Positions 15,741-25,327 of a DNA stretch of 36,118 nucleotides are shown here, piece by piece. Under the pieces are notes generated by a model. The model worked only from the letters and a program-made list of their open reading frames with translations, searched no databases and was not told the DNA's origin. Position numbers and translations under genes: made by a program. Origin of the DNA: a virus; the UHGV virus genome UHGV-0127759; one strand, given 5' to 3'. Position 1 is the first letter of the stretch. The number at the start of each line of letters is the position of its first letter.

Positions 15741-16055
15741 ATGAATAAAAAAGAACAGATTAAAAAGCAGCAAGCACAGTTCTTAGAAATCATGAAGAAG
15801 GTTCGTGAAGAGAAAGATATAGATGCGCTTGCAGAATTGTTTATTGAAATCATTTCGGTATATGGGCTGAAGATGGATGAGACATCAGCATTACTTTATT
15901 ACGTTCAGAAAGAAACACTTGAAGCAGATCACAATGCACAGTTCTTAAAAGAACGGTTGAAACTTGATGTTAAGTCGCTAGGTATTGAAGGTGTGCTGCA
16001 AGTACAACGTGCGTTGGTTAACACTTACCTTTCTAATATTTCCAACAATGATTGA
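15741..16055 (+). CDS. Hypothetical protein
   Basis: 104 aa with an AAGGAGG RBS. Confidence 0.55.
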   Translation: MNKKEQIKKQQAQFLEIMKKVREEKDIDALAELFIEIISVYGLKMDETSALLYYVQKETLEADHNAQFLKERLKLDVKSLGIEGVLQVQRALVNTYLSNISNND

Positions 16056-16359
16056 TGTATCATCCAAACAAGCACGAGCAAAGTTCTATGGCTCATCAGA
16101 GTGGAGAAGATTAAGACAGCAATGTTTAGAGCGTGATCATTACGAATGCCAGTGGTGCAAACAAGAAGGTAAGTTAACAACCCAGTATGATTCTATTCTT
16201 GAAGTGGATCACATTAAAGAGTTGGAACATTATCCGCAGCATGCCTTGAATATAGACAACCTAAGAACATTGTGCAAGGACTGTCATAATAAACGGCACG
16301 GTAGATTTAACTATAGAGAATCGAAAAGAAAAAGAAAGTGGGATGATGAATGGTGGTAA
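16048..16359 (+). CDS. HNH endonuclease (packaging-associated)
   Basis: CxxC...EVDHIKEL...N...CKDCHNKRHG (HNH with a Zn finger). It lies just upstream of the cos/terS region. The start was chosen as the ATG at 16048. Confidence 0.8.
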   Translation: MIDVSSKQARAKFYGSSEWRRLRQQCLERDHYECQWCKQEGKLTTQYDSILEVDHIKELEHYPQHALNIDNLRTLCKDCHNKRHGRFNYRESKRKRKWDDEWW

Positions 16360-16537
16360 GCATGGAAGGAGTAAGAGCATCTGCGTTTTGCATGATTAAC
16401 AACCATCAACACAACGAAATAAATGAGAGGCTAGGTGTGAGATACATAGCACGAGCTGAGGTGTTTTTCCCACCTTGTAAATGGAAAGAACAGAGAAACG
16501 AAGTTGTGGAAAATGATTTGCAAAAATCAACCAAAAG

Positions 16538-16612
16538 TGGGGGATAACTTCCCCCCCGTCGAAATATTTTGCCCTAAAGTGGGGACTGCGGGAACCGGTG
16601 GATGGGGTCAAC
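16538..16612. other. GC-rich island between HNH and terS, a candidate cos site
   Basis: GGGGATAACTTCCCCCCCGTCGAAATATTTTGCCCTAAAGTGGGGACTGCGGGAACCGGTGGATGGGGTCAAC sits in an otherwise AT-rich genome. The HNH-TerS-TerL arrangement is typical of cos phages. Confidence 0.4.
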
Positions 16613-16664
16613 TGTCTAAAAATATACGTTAAATTTTTTTATAGGGGGGTGATTGCTATTGAAA

Positions 16665-16976
16665 ATGGCAGACTTGAAAAAACAGTTGATGAGTCAAATT
16701 GACGAAAACGATCAACTAGAAGTTGAAAAAGTCGAGAGATATCTTGATTTAGTAAAGCTTTATAAAAAAATGAATTCGTCTATTTCTAAGTATGGAACGA
16801 TTGTAGAGTTTGAAAACGGAGCGCAGAAATACTTAAAAATCAATCCAGCAATCGCCGAAAAAGTTAAAATTTCACGTGCATTGATTGCTTTAGGAAAAGA
16901 TCTTAACTTAGATGAATCAACAAAAATTGTGACTAGCGTTGATGATGATAATTATAGCGAGAGTGACTTAGTATGA
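16665..16976 (+). CDS. terS: Terminase small subunit (P27 family); alternative TTG start at 16653
   Basis: About 100 aa with YGTIVEFENGAQKYLKINPA, typical of P27 TerS. It overlaps the terL start. Confidence 0.7.
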   Translation: MADLKKQLMSQIDENDQLEVEKVERYLDLVKLYKKMNSSISKYGTIVEFENGAQKYLKINPAIAEKVKISRALIALGKDLNLDESTKIVTSVDDDNYSESDLV

Positions 16977-18652
16977 TTAAGCAAAAACATGTCGATTACT
17001 ATATACAACAATATAAAAAAGGTGAAATAAAACTAAATAAAGAAAGAATTGAACTAATAGAATATCTTGAAAGAGATATACTTTCAAGAGACGATATATA
17101 TTTTAATGACAAAATGATAGACGATTGCATCAATTATGGTGAGAAATGGTTTTTTGAGTTACAGCCATTTCAAAAATTTTTGATTGCTTTCGTCTTTTTG
17201 TATTTTAAAAAGAATAACAGAAATTTTTATCGTAAATTTCTATGGATGTTTGGCCGTGGTGGCGGTAAAAACGGGCTTCTTTCTGTCGTTCTTAATTTTT
17301 TACAAACTGAATTACATGGAATTCTAGATTACAATATTTCGATTGTTGCGAATTCAGAAGATCAAGCAAAAACTTCTTTCGAAGAGATTTATAATACAAT
17401 CAAACGAAATAAAACACTTCAAAAAGCTTTTGAGTATGGAAAAACAGTTATAACCTCTAAAAAGACTGGCAGCTATATAAGATTTAGAACGTCGAATGGC
17501 GATACTAAAGATGGTTTAAGAGATGGAGCGGTAGCTTTCGACGAAATTCATCAATACCCTTCGAACAAAGATGTGAAAGTGCATATTTCCGGATTAGGAA
17601 AAAAGCCAAACCCTAGAGAATTTTATGTAGGAACAGATGGATATGTTAGAGAGGGATTTTTAGATTCTCTTAAAGAAAAAGCCAAAAGAGTGTTAAGTGG
17701 TTCTAGTCGACCTAATGCTATTTTCCCTTTTATTTGCAAATTAGATTCAGAAGACCAAGTGACAGAATCAGAAAACTGGGAATTAGCAAATCCGATGTTT
17801 CATCAACCTTTATCAGAGTATGCCGAGAGCCTTTTAGAAACTATTTTTGAAGAATATGAAGACTTAGAGGACGATCCGTCAAATAGAGAAGAGTTTATGA
17901 CTAAACGAATGAATTTACCAGTTACAGATTTAGAAAGATCAGTGGCTAGTTATGAAGAAATAATGGACACCAATCGTCCTTTACCAAATTTAGAAGGTAG
18001 ACAAGCAATTGGATGTTTGGACTTTGCTAGCTTGCGAGATTTTGCTGCATGTGGTCTTTTATTTAAAGATAGGGATGACTATGTTTTTAAAACCCATTCA
18101 TTTGTTAGAAAGCAATTTGCAGACATATATTATGGATATTCCAGGAAAGCATCAGAACAAACAAAAGAACGATTCGCACCGATAAAAGAATGGGAAAACA
18201 GAGGATTATTATCTGTAGTTGATGGAGCTACAATTGAACCACAAACAGTTGTCGATTGGTTTGTTGAACAACGATATAAATACGGGGTTACAAAAATTGT
18301 TGCCGATAATTTCAGAATGGATGTATTGAGACCGTTATTAATAGCTGCGGGATTTGAAGTGGTTGTGATAAAAAATCCTAGAGCAGTCGATAGTTTACTT
18401 GCACCGAGAATAGAAACGGCGTTTGCTAATAGACACATCGTTTTTGGAGAAAATCCGTTAATGCGGTGGTACACGAATAATGTATTAGTAAAGACAAACA
18501 ATGATGGAAATAAGACGTACTTAAAAAAGGAAGAAGTTAGAAGGAAAACAGATGGATTTAAAGCATTTGTGTGCGGAATGTATTTGGCAGATGAACTAAC
18601 AGATTATAATTTTGAAGATGCATTTACTATACTAAATGATATTAAATTTTAA
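16973..18652 (+). CDS. terL: Terminase large subunit
   Basis: Walker A FGRGGGKNG. 559 aa with the nuclease domain at the C-terminus. Confidence 0.9.
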   Translation: MIKQKHVDYYIQQYKKGEIKLNKERIELIEYLERDILSRDDIYFNDKMIDDCINYGEKWFFELQPFQKFLIAFVFLYFKKNNRNFYRKFLWMFGRGGGKNGLLSVVLNFLQTELHGILDYNISIVANSEDQAKTSFEEIYNTIKRNKTLQKAFEYGKTVITSKKTGSYIRFRTSNGDTKDGLRDGAVAFDEIHQYPSNKDVKVHISGLGKKPNPREFYVGTDGYVREGFLDSLKEKAKRVLSGSSRPNAIFPFICKLDSEDQVTESENWELANPMFHQPLSEYAESLLETIFEEYEDLEDDPSNREEFMTKRMNLPVTDLERSVASYEEIMDTNRPLPNLEGRQAIGCLDFASLRDFAACGLLFKDRDDYVFKTHSFVRKQFADIYYGYSRKASEQTKERFAPIKEWENRGLLSVVDGATIEPQTVVDWFVEQRYKYGVTKIVADNFRMDVLRPLLIAAGFEVVVIKNPRAVDSLLAPRIETAFANRHIVFGENPLMRWYTNNVLVKTNNDGNKTYLKKEEVRRKTDGFKAFVCGMYLADELTDYNFEDAFTILNDIKF

Positions 18653-18708
18653 TTAATGACGACTCAATATTGTTATTGTATAATTGATTTAAAATGGAGG
18701 TTTTTAAT

Positions 18709-19473
18709 TTGAATCGATTTGGAAAAGAGATTAAGTCTTTTTTTAATAATCCACTGGGGATTATTGGTATGTTCTTAGTATTGACCGAAGGAATAGCAGC
18801 TATTGTTATTACTCAATCACAGTTAGAATTTTTATTGAACTTAATACTTGTTATTTTCATAGTTTTATTTCCTATAGTCACGCTATCTTGCTTTGTTTAT
18901 CTAGTGATAAAACATCATAAAAAATTATATGGACCATCTGATTATAAAGATGAAGCTAACTTTTTACTTACTTTCAATAATGAAACACAGGAGACAGAAG
19001 TTATAAAGGTTACATCTGTATCAGAAAATAAATCTTTGCATATTGATAGTAATATGCAACAATTTGAAAAGAAAGACTTTCAGGTACTAGTGAATCAAAG
19101 ATTAGATAATTATAGAAAACTAATTGATAATTTAGAACTTAAGTCTATACCTGCAAAAATTTATAGTAGTAGTCTTAACTATGGAACGAATGAAGATGAT
19201 GCTGCAGAATCAATATGGCTAGGTAAAGATGTCCCTCTAGATCTTGCAAAAAAAGTTTTGGATATTTGTTTCAATACAAGTGAAAAATTAAAATATATCA
19301 GATTAAGCGAACCTAATATAGGAAGTGCTCAACTACAAATATTTATTGGTGGAAGCAAAAACACATCTTTGAAAAGAGGAACAAAAGAACTAAACGATGA
19401 TTTAAAAGAAAAATTGGTAGCTTCAAATACAATAGAAGAATTGCATAGTTTGATTATGGATAACTATATATAA
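18709..19473 (+). CDS. AT-rich membrane protein (2 N-terminal TM helices plus a soluble domain), a moron inserted between terL and portal; alternative ATG at 18694
   Basis: GGAGG lies 8 nt before the TTG. TM segments LGIIGMFLVLTEGIAAIVI and LILVIFIVLFPIVTLSCFVYLVI. It has its own terminator at 19472-19499. Confidence 0.6.
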   Translation: MNRFGKEIKSFFNNPLGIIGMFLVLTEGIAAIVITQSQLEFLLNLILVIFIVLFPIVTLSCFVYLVIKHHKKLYGPSDYKDEANFLLTFNNETQETEVIKVTSVSENKSLHIDSNMQQFEKKDFQVLVNQRLDNYRKLIDNLELKSIPAKIYSSSLNYGTNEDDAAESIWLGKDVPLDLAKKVLDICFNTSEKLKYIRLSEPNIGSAQLQIFIGGSKNTSLKRGTKELNDDLKEKLVASNTIEELHSLIMDNYI

Positions 19474-19499
19474 AAAAAACCTAGAAATAGGTTTTTTTT
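19472..19499. terminator. Bidirectional-looking hairpin terminator (A8-CCTAGAAATAGG-T8)
   Basis: AACCTA-GAAA-TAGGTT flanked by an A-run and a T-run. Confidence 0.6.
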
Positions 19500-19520
19500 A
19501 TTGTGAAAGGGGGTGAATGA

Positions 19521-20684
19521 GTGAGTTTATTTGATGTCTTCAAACTATCAGCAAAAAATGAAGAACCGTCTGATTGGCTTCCAGATTTTGTTGCAGGGGA
19601 TGAATTAGCTACACGATCATATTTAAAAACAATGGCTAAAAATACCGTTATAGATTTTGTTTCAAGGACTATGTCCACATTAGAAATAAAATTCAAAAGT
19701 ACAGGAATGGAAGAATGGGATTATATATTAAACGTTCGGCCCAACTCTGATATGTCGGCTACCACATTTTGGCAAACCTTCTTCTTTCGCTTGTTAGATG
19801 AAAATGAAGTATTGGTTATTTTAAAAGATGATCAACTTTTAATAGCTGATGACTATACAAGAGAACAAAAAACAATCACAGATGATTGCTTTAGCAACGT
19901 TTACGTTAAAGATCAAGTGTTTACAGAAAAATTTTACATGTCAGACGTCATTTATTTAAAGTACAACAGTAAAGAGCTTGATTCATTTACTAAGGGTTTA
20001 TTTAATGACTATTCGGAATTGTTCGGACGAATACTAGAAATCTCCATGCGAAATAATCAGATTCGTGGTTCTGTTTCAATTGAAGCCACTGGATCAATGA
20101 ATGAAGAAAAAGGAAAAGATGGCAAAACACGTTCGGAAAGATTACAAGAGTATGTAAATAAAATTTATCACGCTTTTAGCACTAAAGCAGTTGCTATAGT
20201 ACCAAAAGTTAAAGGATTTGATTATGAAGAATATACGAACAAACAAGGTTCTTCTAATCAGTCTCTTGAGGAATTAAATAAAATGAAATCATCGTTAATT
20301 GATGATGTAGCCAACGCCATAGGGGTACCTACGGCGCTTATTTATGGTGAAAAATCAGAACTTGATTCCAATATCAAAGCTTTTAGAAAACTATGTATTA
20401 TTCCTTTAATGAAAAAGCTGCAAGATGAATTAACTGCAAAAGTTCTTACACGCCAAGAGTATAAAAATGGCGAACGAATTAAAGTAACTAAAGTTTTACC
20501 TGTAAGTATTCTAGAAAATGCAACTCAAATTGACAAAATCGTCTCTAGTGGAACATTCCTAAGAGATGAAGTGAGGGAAGAAACGGATTATGATTCGTTG
20601 CCAGATGGAGAAGGTAAGAAGCTAATTATGACTAAAAATTATGCACTCGTGAAAGGGGGTGAGGAAGAGAATGACAAAGACTAG
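19521..20684 (+). CDS. Portal protein (HK97-type)
   Basis: 387 aa. GTG start after GGGGGTGAATGA. It is positioned between terL and the prohead protease. Confidence 0.8.
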   Translation: MSLFDVFKLSAKNEEPSDWLPDFVAGDELATRSYLKTMAKNTVIDFVSRTMSTLEIKFKSTGMEEWDYILNVRPNSDMSATTFWQTFFFRLLDENEVLVILKDDQLLIADDYTREQKTITDDCFSNVYVKDQVFTEKFYMSDVIYLKYNSKELDSFTKGLFNDYSELFGRILEISMRNNQIRGSVSIEATGSMNEEKGKDGKTRSERLQEYVNKIYHAFSTKAVAIVPKVKGFDYEEYTNKQGSSNQSLEELNKMKSSLIDDVANAIGVPTALIYGEKSELDSNIKAFRKLCIIPLMKKLQDELTAKVLTRQEYKNGERIKVTKVLPVSILENATQIDKIVSSGTFLRDEVREETDYDSLPDGEGKKLIMTKNYALVKGGEEENDKD

Positions 20685-21390
20685 AAACGTGCCGTTTCAG
20701 TTTTCTAACGAGTTAGTTGAAGGTAAAAGAGTTTTAACTCTTTCGGGAAATATCAGAAAAAAATATTGGTCCGATGATGATGTTATTGATGCGAAAAGCA
20801 TCAGGGAAACTTTAGATGGAGTGACAGACGATATTACCATTAAATTAAATAGCCCAGGTGGAGATGTGTTTGAAGGTGTTGAAATTTACAATTATTTAAA
20901 AGATCACCCCTCAAAAGTAACGGTAGAAGTTACTGGTGTAGCAGCTTCAGCAGCAACATTCATTTTGTCGGCAGCTGATGAAGCGATTATGAATGTAGGG
21001 ACTTCAGTTATGATTCATGAAGCTTCGACTTTTACATGGGGAAATAAACAAGATATTCAAAAGACTTTGAATGCTTTGGAAACTATCGATGATTCCATTC
21101 TTTCAATTTATTCACAAAAAACAGGTCAAACAACAGATCAATTAGAAACATGGATGAAGGAAGAAAAATGGTTCACAGCTGAAGAAGCTGTAGAATATGG
21201 TTTTGCAACAGAAGTTAAGAAAAACACCGAAAAAAAATCAACTGATTCAAAGGAAAATATAGCTGAAATGGTGAAAAATGCTGTTGCGGAAGCTATGTCT
21301 TTAAACCAACAAGCTGTGACGAATGAAGCAAAACAAGAATCAAAACCAAAACAAAAATCTTTAATAAATAGATTAACTAAAGGAGCATGA
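20671..21390 (+). CDS. ClpP-family prohead protease
   Basis: LNSPGGDVFEGVEIYN...TGVAASAATFILSAADE...MIHEAS (S14 ClpP signature). Confidence 0.85.
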   Translation: MTKTRNVPFQFSNELVEGKRVLTLSGNIRKKYWSDDDVIDAKSIRETLDGVTDDITIKLNSPGGDVFEGVEIYNYLKDHPSKVTVEVTGVAASAATFILSAADEAIMNVGTSVMIHEASTFTWGNKQDIQKTLNALETIDDSILSIYSQKTGQTTDQLETWMKEEKWFTAEEAVEYGFATEVKKNTEKKSTDSKENIAEMVKNAVAEAMSLNQQAVTNEAKQESKPKQKSLINRLTKGA

Positions 21391-21392
21391 TT

Positions 21393-22574
21393 ATGACATT
21401 AACATTAAAAAACAAAACAGATGAAGCGAAGAAACAATTTAATGCAGTATCAACAAATGAAGAGGCGACATCAGAACAGGTAAATGCTGCTTTAGAAGCA
21501 TATGTTACTGCTGTTGCAGAAGATGCAGGAAAGCAAGTACGAGCTGAATATGAAGAGCTGAAAAATGTAACAGATAACCGTGTGCTTGAAGCTCGCGGCA
21601 TTCACACTTTAACTAATGAAGAAACAAAATTTTATAACGAAGTTGAAAAAGCGGGTGGATTTGATGAAGATTTAGTCTGGCCAGAAACAATTTTAGAACG
21701 TGTTTTTGAAGGTTTACAAGAAGAACGTCCATTGTTAAAAATTATTAATTTTACACCTTCAGTAGGTAAAACTAAAATTACTCGTTCTCGTCGTAAAGGT
21801 GTAGCGGTATGGGGGCCACTTCATAAAGATATTGAAGGGAAATTAGATGCACAATTTGGTGCAACAGAATTTAATCAATTGGCTTTAACAGCGTTTTTCT
21901 TAATTTCAAATGACACTTTAGAATTAGGTCCACGCTGGGTTGACCGATACGTTCGTTTATGTTTATCTGAAGCAATCGCAGAAGCATGGGAAAAAGCAAT
22001 TATCAATGGGTCTGGTCATGATCAACCTATTGGACTAACAAAAGATATGAATGCGGCAATTGATCCGACAAATGGATATGCTGATAAAGAATCAGCAGGG
22101 ATCTTAACTTTTAAAGATTCACAGACAATGGTTAAAGAATTCGCAATGTTATTGAAGAAAGCTTCTAAATATACCGATAAAGTCGGCGATGGTGACGAGG
22201 GAGAGGAAAAAACAAGAAAAGTTAAAGGGAATGTATACTTAATTGTTAATCCATTGAACTATTACGATATTGTTGCTCGTGTCACTACGCAAAATGCAAA
22301 TGGCGTATTCGTTTCAAACTTACCATTTATTTCTGAAGACCATATCATTGAATCTTTAGAAGTAAAAGAGAATAAATTGATTGCTTTTGTTGGTGGAGAA
22401 TATGATGCTACGCAATCACGTGCAGAAAAAGTCTATGTTTATAAAGAAACATTTGCAATGAAACGTGCAACATTATACGCTGCCGACTTATTGGGCAATG
22501 GTGAGCCAGCTGATAACGATGCAGCGCAAATTTATGATATTAAAATTGACGATGGAGAACCAGCAACAAAGTAA
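21393..22574 (+). CDS. Major capsid protein (HK97 fold); alternative ATG at 21387
   Basis: About 393 aa, following the portal-protease module. RBS AAGGAG. Confidence 0.8.
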   Translation: MTLTLKNKTDEAKKQFNAVSTNEEATSEQVNAALEAYVTAVAEDAGKQVRAEYEELKNVTDNRVLEARGIHTLTNEETKFYNEVEKAGGFDEDLVWPETILERVFEGLQEERPLLKIINFTPSVGKTKITRSRRKGVAVWGPLHKDIEGKLDAQFGATEFNQLALTAFFLISNDTLELGPRWVDRYVRLCLSEAIAEAWEKAIINGSGHDQPIGLTKDMNAAIDPTNGYADKESAGILTFKDSQTMVKEFAMLLKKASKYTDKVGDGDEGEEKTRKVKGNVYLIVNPLNYYDIVARVTTQNANGVFVSNLPFISEDHIIESLEVKENKLIAFVGGEYDATQSRAEKVYVYKETFAMKRATLYAADLLGNGEPADNDAAQIYDIKIDDGEPATK

Positions 22575-22577
22575 ACA

Positions 22578-22636
22578 CCCCTGTTGTTAATAAGATAAAC
22601 CCAACAACAGATGGGGCAACTATCGATTTGAAATAG
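22578..22636 (+). promoter_or_regulatory. Structured RNA motif, copy A (CCCC...stem-loop...ACAGATGGGG + CAACTATCGATTTGAAATAG), downstream of the major capsid gene
   Basis: 11-bp bulged hairpin. Its 3' part is conserved with copy B at 24729-24786. Confidence 0.4.
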
Positions 22637-22650
22637 CACGGGGGGATTAG

Positions 22651-22932
22651 ATGGAATCATATTTAAAGGAGTTCAAAGAAAGAAATCAAATCTTTCATTC
22701 GTCAGACGATGACTCTATAAAAGAACAATTAAATGATTCCTTTGAAGATATTCGAACGCTTATAGGAGATTTTGATCCAAAAGTATATCGAAAAGGAAAA
22801 GAACTTGTTTTTGAAAGAACTCGTTATGTAAGAAACGAAGCCTTAGAATATTTTTATCCCAACTTTCAGCAAAGCATTATGGATGCTTCCATCGATATTT
22901 CAGGAGGTGAAGGATTTGGCAATACACCCTAA
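22651..22932 (+). CDS. Head-tail connector (gp6-like DNA-packaging/connector protein)
   Basis: 93 aa, located right after the MCP gene. RBS GGGGGG. Confidence 0.55.
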   Translation: MESYLKEFKERNQIFHSSDDDSIKEQLNDSFEDIRTLIGDFDPKVYRKGKELVFERTRYVRNEALEYFYPNFQQSIMDASIDISGGEGFGNTP

Positions 22933-23293
22933 TTATAAACGTCCCAAAATAGGAGCTGGCGAATTAAAAACGCCAGTTTCTTTTTTTCAGTTTATTCCGG
23001 GAGAAGGACCTGAACCTGGCGAAATAGTAAAGAAAGAACTTCATTCATGTAAAGCGCAAATCTACAATCCGTCAATGAAAGATATGGAAATATTGAACGC
23101 AAAAGGAACTAAAGAGGGGCTGACAATTAAAATCCGTGATCCACACCAAGACTATATTCCAACAAACAAACATAAAGTTGTTATTGACGACTATAGAGCC
23201 TTACCAATAGGAAAAGAATGGGAAATCATAGATGTTTCACCGGATTTTGAAGATAACCGTTTTATCAAAATCGTTTTAGGGGCTACGTCATGA
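22883..23293 (+). CDS. Head closure / head-tail adaptor protein (start uncertain, probably TTG near 22919)
   Basis: About 125 aa in the expected position; TIGR01563-like. It overlaps the preceding gene. Confidence 0.5.
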   Translation: MLPSIFQEVKDLAIHPNYKRPKIGAGELKTPVSFFQFIPGEGPEPGEIVKKELHSCKAQIYNPSMKDMEILNAKGTKEGLTIKIRDPHQDYIPTNKHKVVIDDYRALPIGKEWEIIDVSPDFEDNRFIKIVLGATS

Positions 23294-23682
23294 GCGAAGT
23301 TACAGGGTTAGAAGAAATTCTCAAAAATATGGAAGATAAACTAGGACAAGCACGAGTAAATAGAATTTCCAACAAAGCTTTAAAAAAACAAGGCGAAAGA
23401 AACAAGCAGATTGTTAAAAAATATATGGCTAGTTATATCTATTCAGGAAAAACACACGACTTAGTTATAAGTAGCGGTGTGAAAAGTAATCCAAAACGAG
23501 TTGAGACTGGCTGGGCTTCAAAGGAACGTGCGCCTATCGTCCATTTAAATGAGTTTGGTTATACACGCTATGGTACTTATGTGCGACCTCGTGGAATGGG
23601 AAAACTACAGGCTGCAGCTGATGAAATTCAAGCGAAAGCATTTGGAGAGATGAAGTCGAATATGGAGGAATTAGCTAAATGA
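23290..23682 (+). CDS. HK97 gp10-family tail-completion protein
   Basis: 130 aa, translationally coupled (ATGA). Confidence 0.55.
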   Translation: MSEVTGLEEILKNMEDKLGQARVNRISNKALKKQGERNKQIVKKYMASYIYSGKTHDLVISSGVKSNPKRVETGWASKERAPIVHLNEFGYTRYGTYVRPRGMGKLQAAADEIQAKAFGEMKSNMEELAK

Positions 23683-24098
23683 AAGACATGATGATGGAAG
23701 TTTACAATCGATTAATTGATAATCCTCTGATTCGAGAAAAAACTAGTTTTATTAATGACAATGGTAAAACTGAATATCGCATTAAATTTTATGAAGTACC
23801 AGAAACTTTGGATACTACCAAACCTTTCATTGTCATTGATAACTTTCTTGGTCCACAAACTAACGCTTATTTTGCCAACAACAAAGCTTTATCAATTCGG
23901 TTTAATTATCAAATTAACGTTGAAAGCATGGATAGAATGACAACCAAGCAAATTTCTAAAGCAGTTGAAGAAACAATGAAACAAATTGGATTTGGCCGTC
24001 TTGATGGTGGCTTAGATCAGTACTTTAACGAAACAAAGCGTTTTGTGGATGCGAGACGTTACAGAAAAAATACACAAATTCACGACACCGACTACTAA
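23679..24098 (+). CDS. Tail terminator-like structural protein
   Basis: 139 aa, coupled to the preceding gene, immediately upstream of the major tail gene. Confidence 0.5.
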   Translation: MKDMMMEVYNRLIDNPLIREKTSFINDNGKTEYRIKFYEVPETLDTTKPFIVIDNFLGPQTNAYFANNKALSIRFNYQINVESMDRMTTKQISKAVEETMKQIGFGRLDGGLDQYFNETKRFVDARRYRKNTQIHDTDY

Positions 24099-24130
24099 GT
24101 TGGTGTCTATTTTTTAGGAGGAAAAAATAT

Positions 24131-24724
24131 ATGCAAACTTATGGATTTAGCAGAATCACTATTCAACAATTGGACAATGAATTAAAGCCAGTCGCTGGTA
24201 AGAAACATGTCATTGATGGCAAGCCAAAAGAAGGGGCCGCAGCAAGCTTTGAAATTACAGGACTAACCAAAGAACCGTCAAAAGTTTTCGGTTCAAACAT
24301 TGCATATTACGTGGCACGTAAAGGGCACGGAGATATTGCAGCAAACTTAGGTATCTTAGATGTACCATCAGCCATTGAACATGAAATGTTAGGGCATAAA
24401 AAAGCTAGCGAGGAAAGCAAAGTTTATCATATTGGCGAGGATACAGAGCCACCTTACTACGCAGTATTAATCGAATCAGAAGATTTATATGGTGAAAAAC
24501 TCGGCTTCGGCATGTATGCAGGCACATTCTCATTAGATGGTGTCAAAGGCGAAACATTAAATGATGACGACTTTACGCCAGAGCCTGGCGAATATGTTTA
24601 TTCTGCTGTTTCTCGTCAAATTAACGGTAAAAAAGTTACTGTCGGTTTTGCAGATAATTCAGAAGCTCTAGCAGAATTGACAACAGAATTATTTGGTGAA
24701 GAAACACCAGCGCCGGAAAAGTAG
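24131..24724 (+). CDS. Major tail protein (phi13 family)
   Basis: 197 aa. RBS AGGAGG. TIGR01603-like sequence. Confidence 0.7.
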   Translation: MQTYGFSRITIQQLDNELKPVAGKKHVIDGKPKEGAAASFEITGLTKEPSKVFGSNIAYYVARKGHGDIAANLGILDVPSAIEHEMLGHKKASEESKVYHIGEDTEPPYYAVLIESEDLYGEKLGFGMYAGTFSLDGVKGETLNDDDFTPEPGEYVYSAVSRQINGKKVTVGFADNSEALAELTTELFGEETPAPEK

Positions 24725-24728
24725 CAAG

Positions 24729-24786
24729 CCCCACAGTGGGAGCTGTTACTCCCACCACAGATGGGGCCAATATTGAATTAAGTTAG
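24729..24786 (+). promoter_or_regulatory. Structured RNA motif, copy B (CCCC...GTGGGA-loop-TCCCAC...CACAGATGGGG + CCAATATTGAATTAAGTTAG), downstream of the major tail gene
   Basis: Shares CCCA.CACAGATGGGGC.AA.TAT.GA.TT.AA.TAG with copy A. Confidence 0.4.
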
Positions 24787-24797
24787 GAGGACAAGAA

Positions 24798-25271
24798 ATG
24801 CCGTTTATTCCACCAGAAAAATTTAGACTTTATAAAAAAGGTGAAACTAATCCTGTTGCAGAAAGTGTTTCGCCTTTAGCTATTACAGGAATTACCGCAA
24901 ACACGGATGTTTTAGCGGGTGACTTTACTGTCACAGGCGTTGCCACCGTTGACGGTGTAGAAAAAGAATCTGATCATGTCGATGTACCAGCGTTTAAAAC
25001 ACTACCTATTGCAGTAACAGGAATTACCTTGGATAAGACTGAATTAGCTTTAAAAGTTGGTGAAACAGCAACTTTAACACCTACAATCATGCCAGAAAAC
25101 GCAACAAACAAAGTATACAGTTTCAGTTCTGAAGATACAGCGATCGGAACAGTAACGCCTGTACAGGGGAAAGTAACAGGAGTTGCGGAAGGTGTTACAA
25201 AAATTGTTGGCACAACTGAGGACGGTAATTTTACAGCAGAATGCACTTTGACTGTATCAGCAGCAGAATAA
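24798..25271 (+). CDS. Ig-like (Big_2) domain protein, a tail decoration protein
   Basis: GITLDKTELALKVGETATLTPTIMPENATNKVYSFSSEDTAIGTVT... is a Big_2 motif. Confidence 0.65.
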   Translation: MPFIPPEKFRLYKKGETNPVAESVSPLAITGITANTDVLAGDFTVTGVATVDGVEKESDHVDVPAFKTLPIAVTGITLDKTELALKVGETATLTPTIMPENATNKVYSFSSEDTAIGTVTPVQGKVTGVAEGVTKIVGTTEDGNFTAECTLTVSAAE

Positions 25272-25285
25272 AAATTTATTGATTA

Positions 25286-25316
25286 AGGACGACTTTAATT
25301 AGTCGTCCTTTTTTTG
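25286..25316 (+). terminator. Rho-independent terminator
   Basis: AGGACGACT-TTAATT-AGTCGTCCT followed by T7. Confidence 0.75.
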
Positions 25317-25327
25317 GAGGTTAAAAA

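Noticed and set aside
16350-16611. ORFs 16350..16547 (+) and 16396..16611 (-) between HNH and terS
   Set aside because: They overlap the GC-rich cos-like island and have no RBS. They are more plausibly non-coding packaging-site DNA.
18130-18501. 123-aa minus-strand ORF inside terL
   Set aside because: It is antisense to the conserved terminase large subunit and has no start signals.
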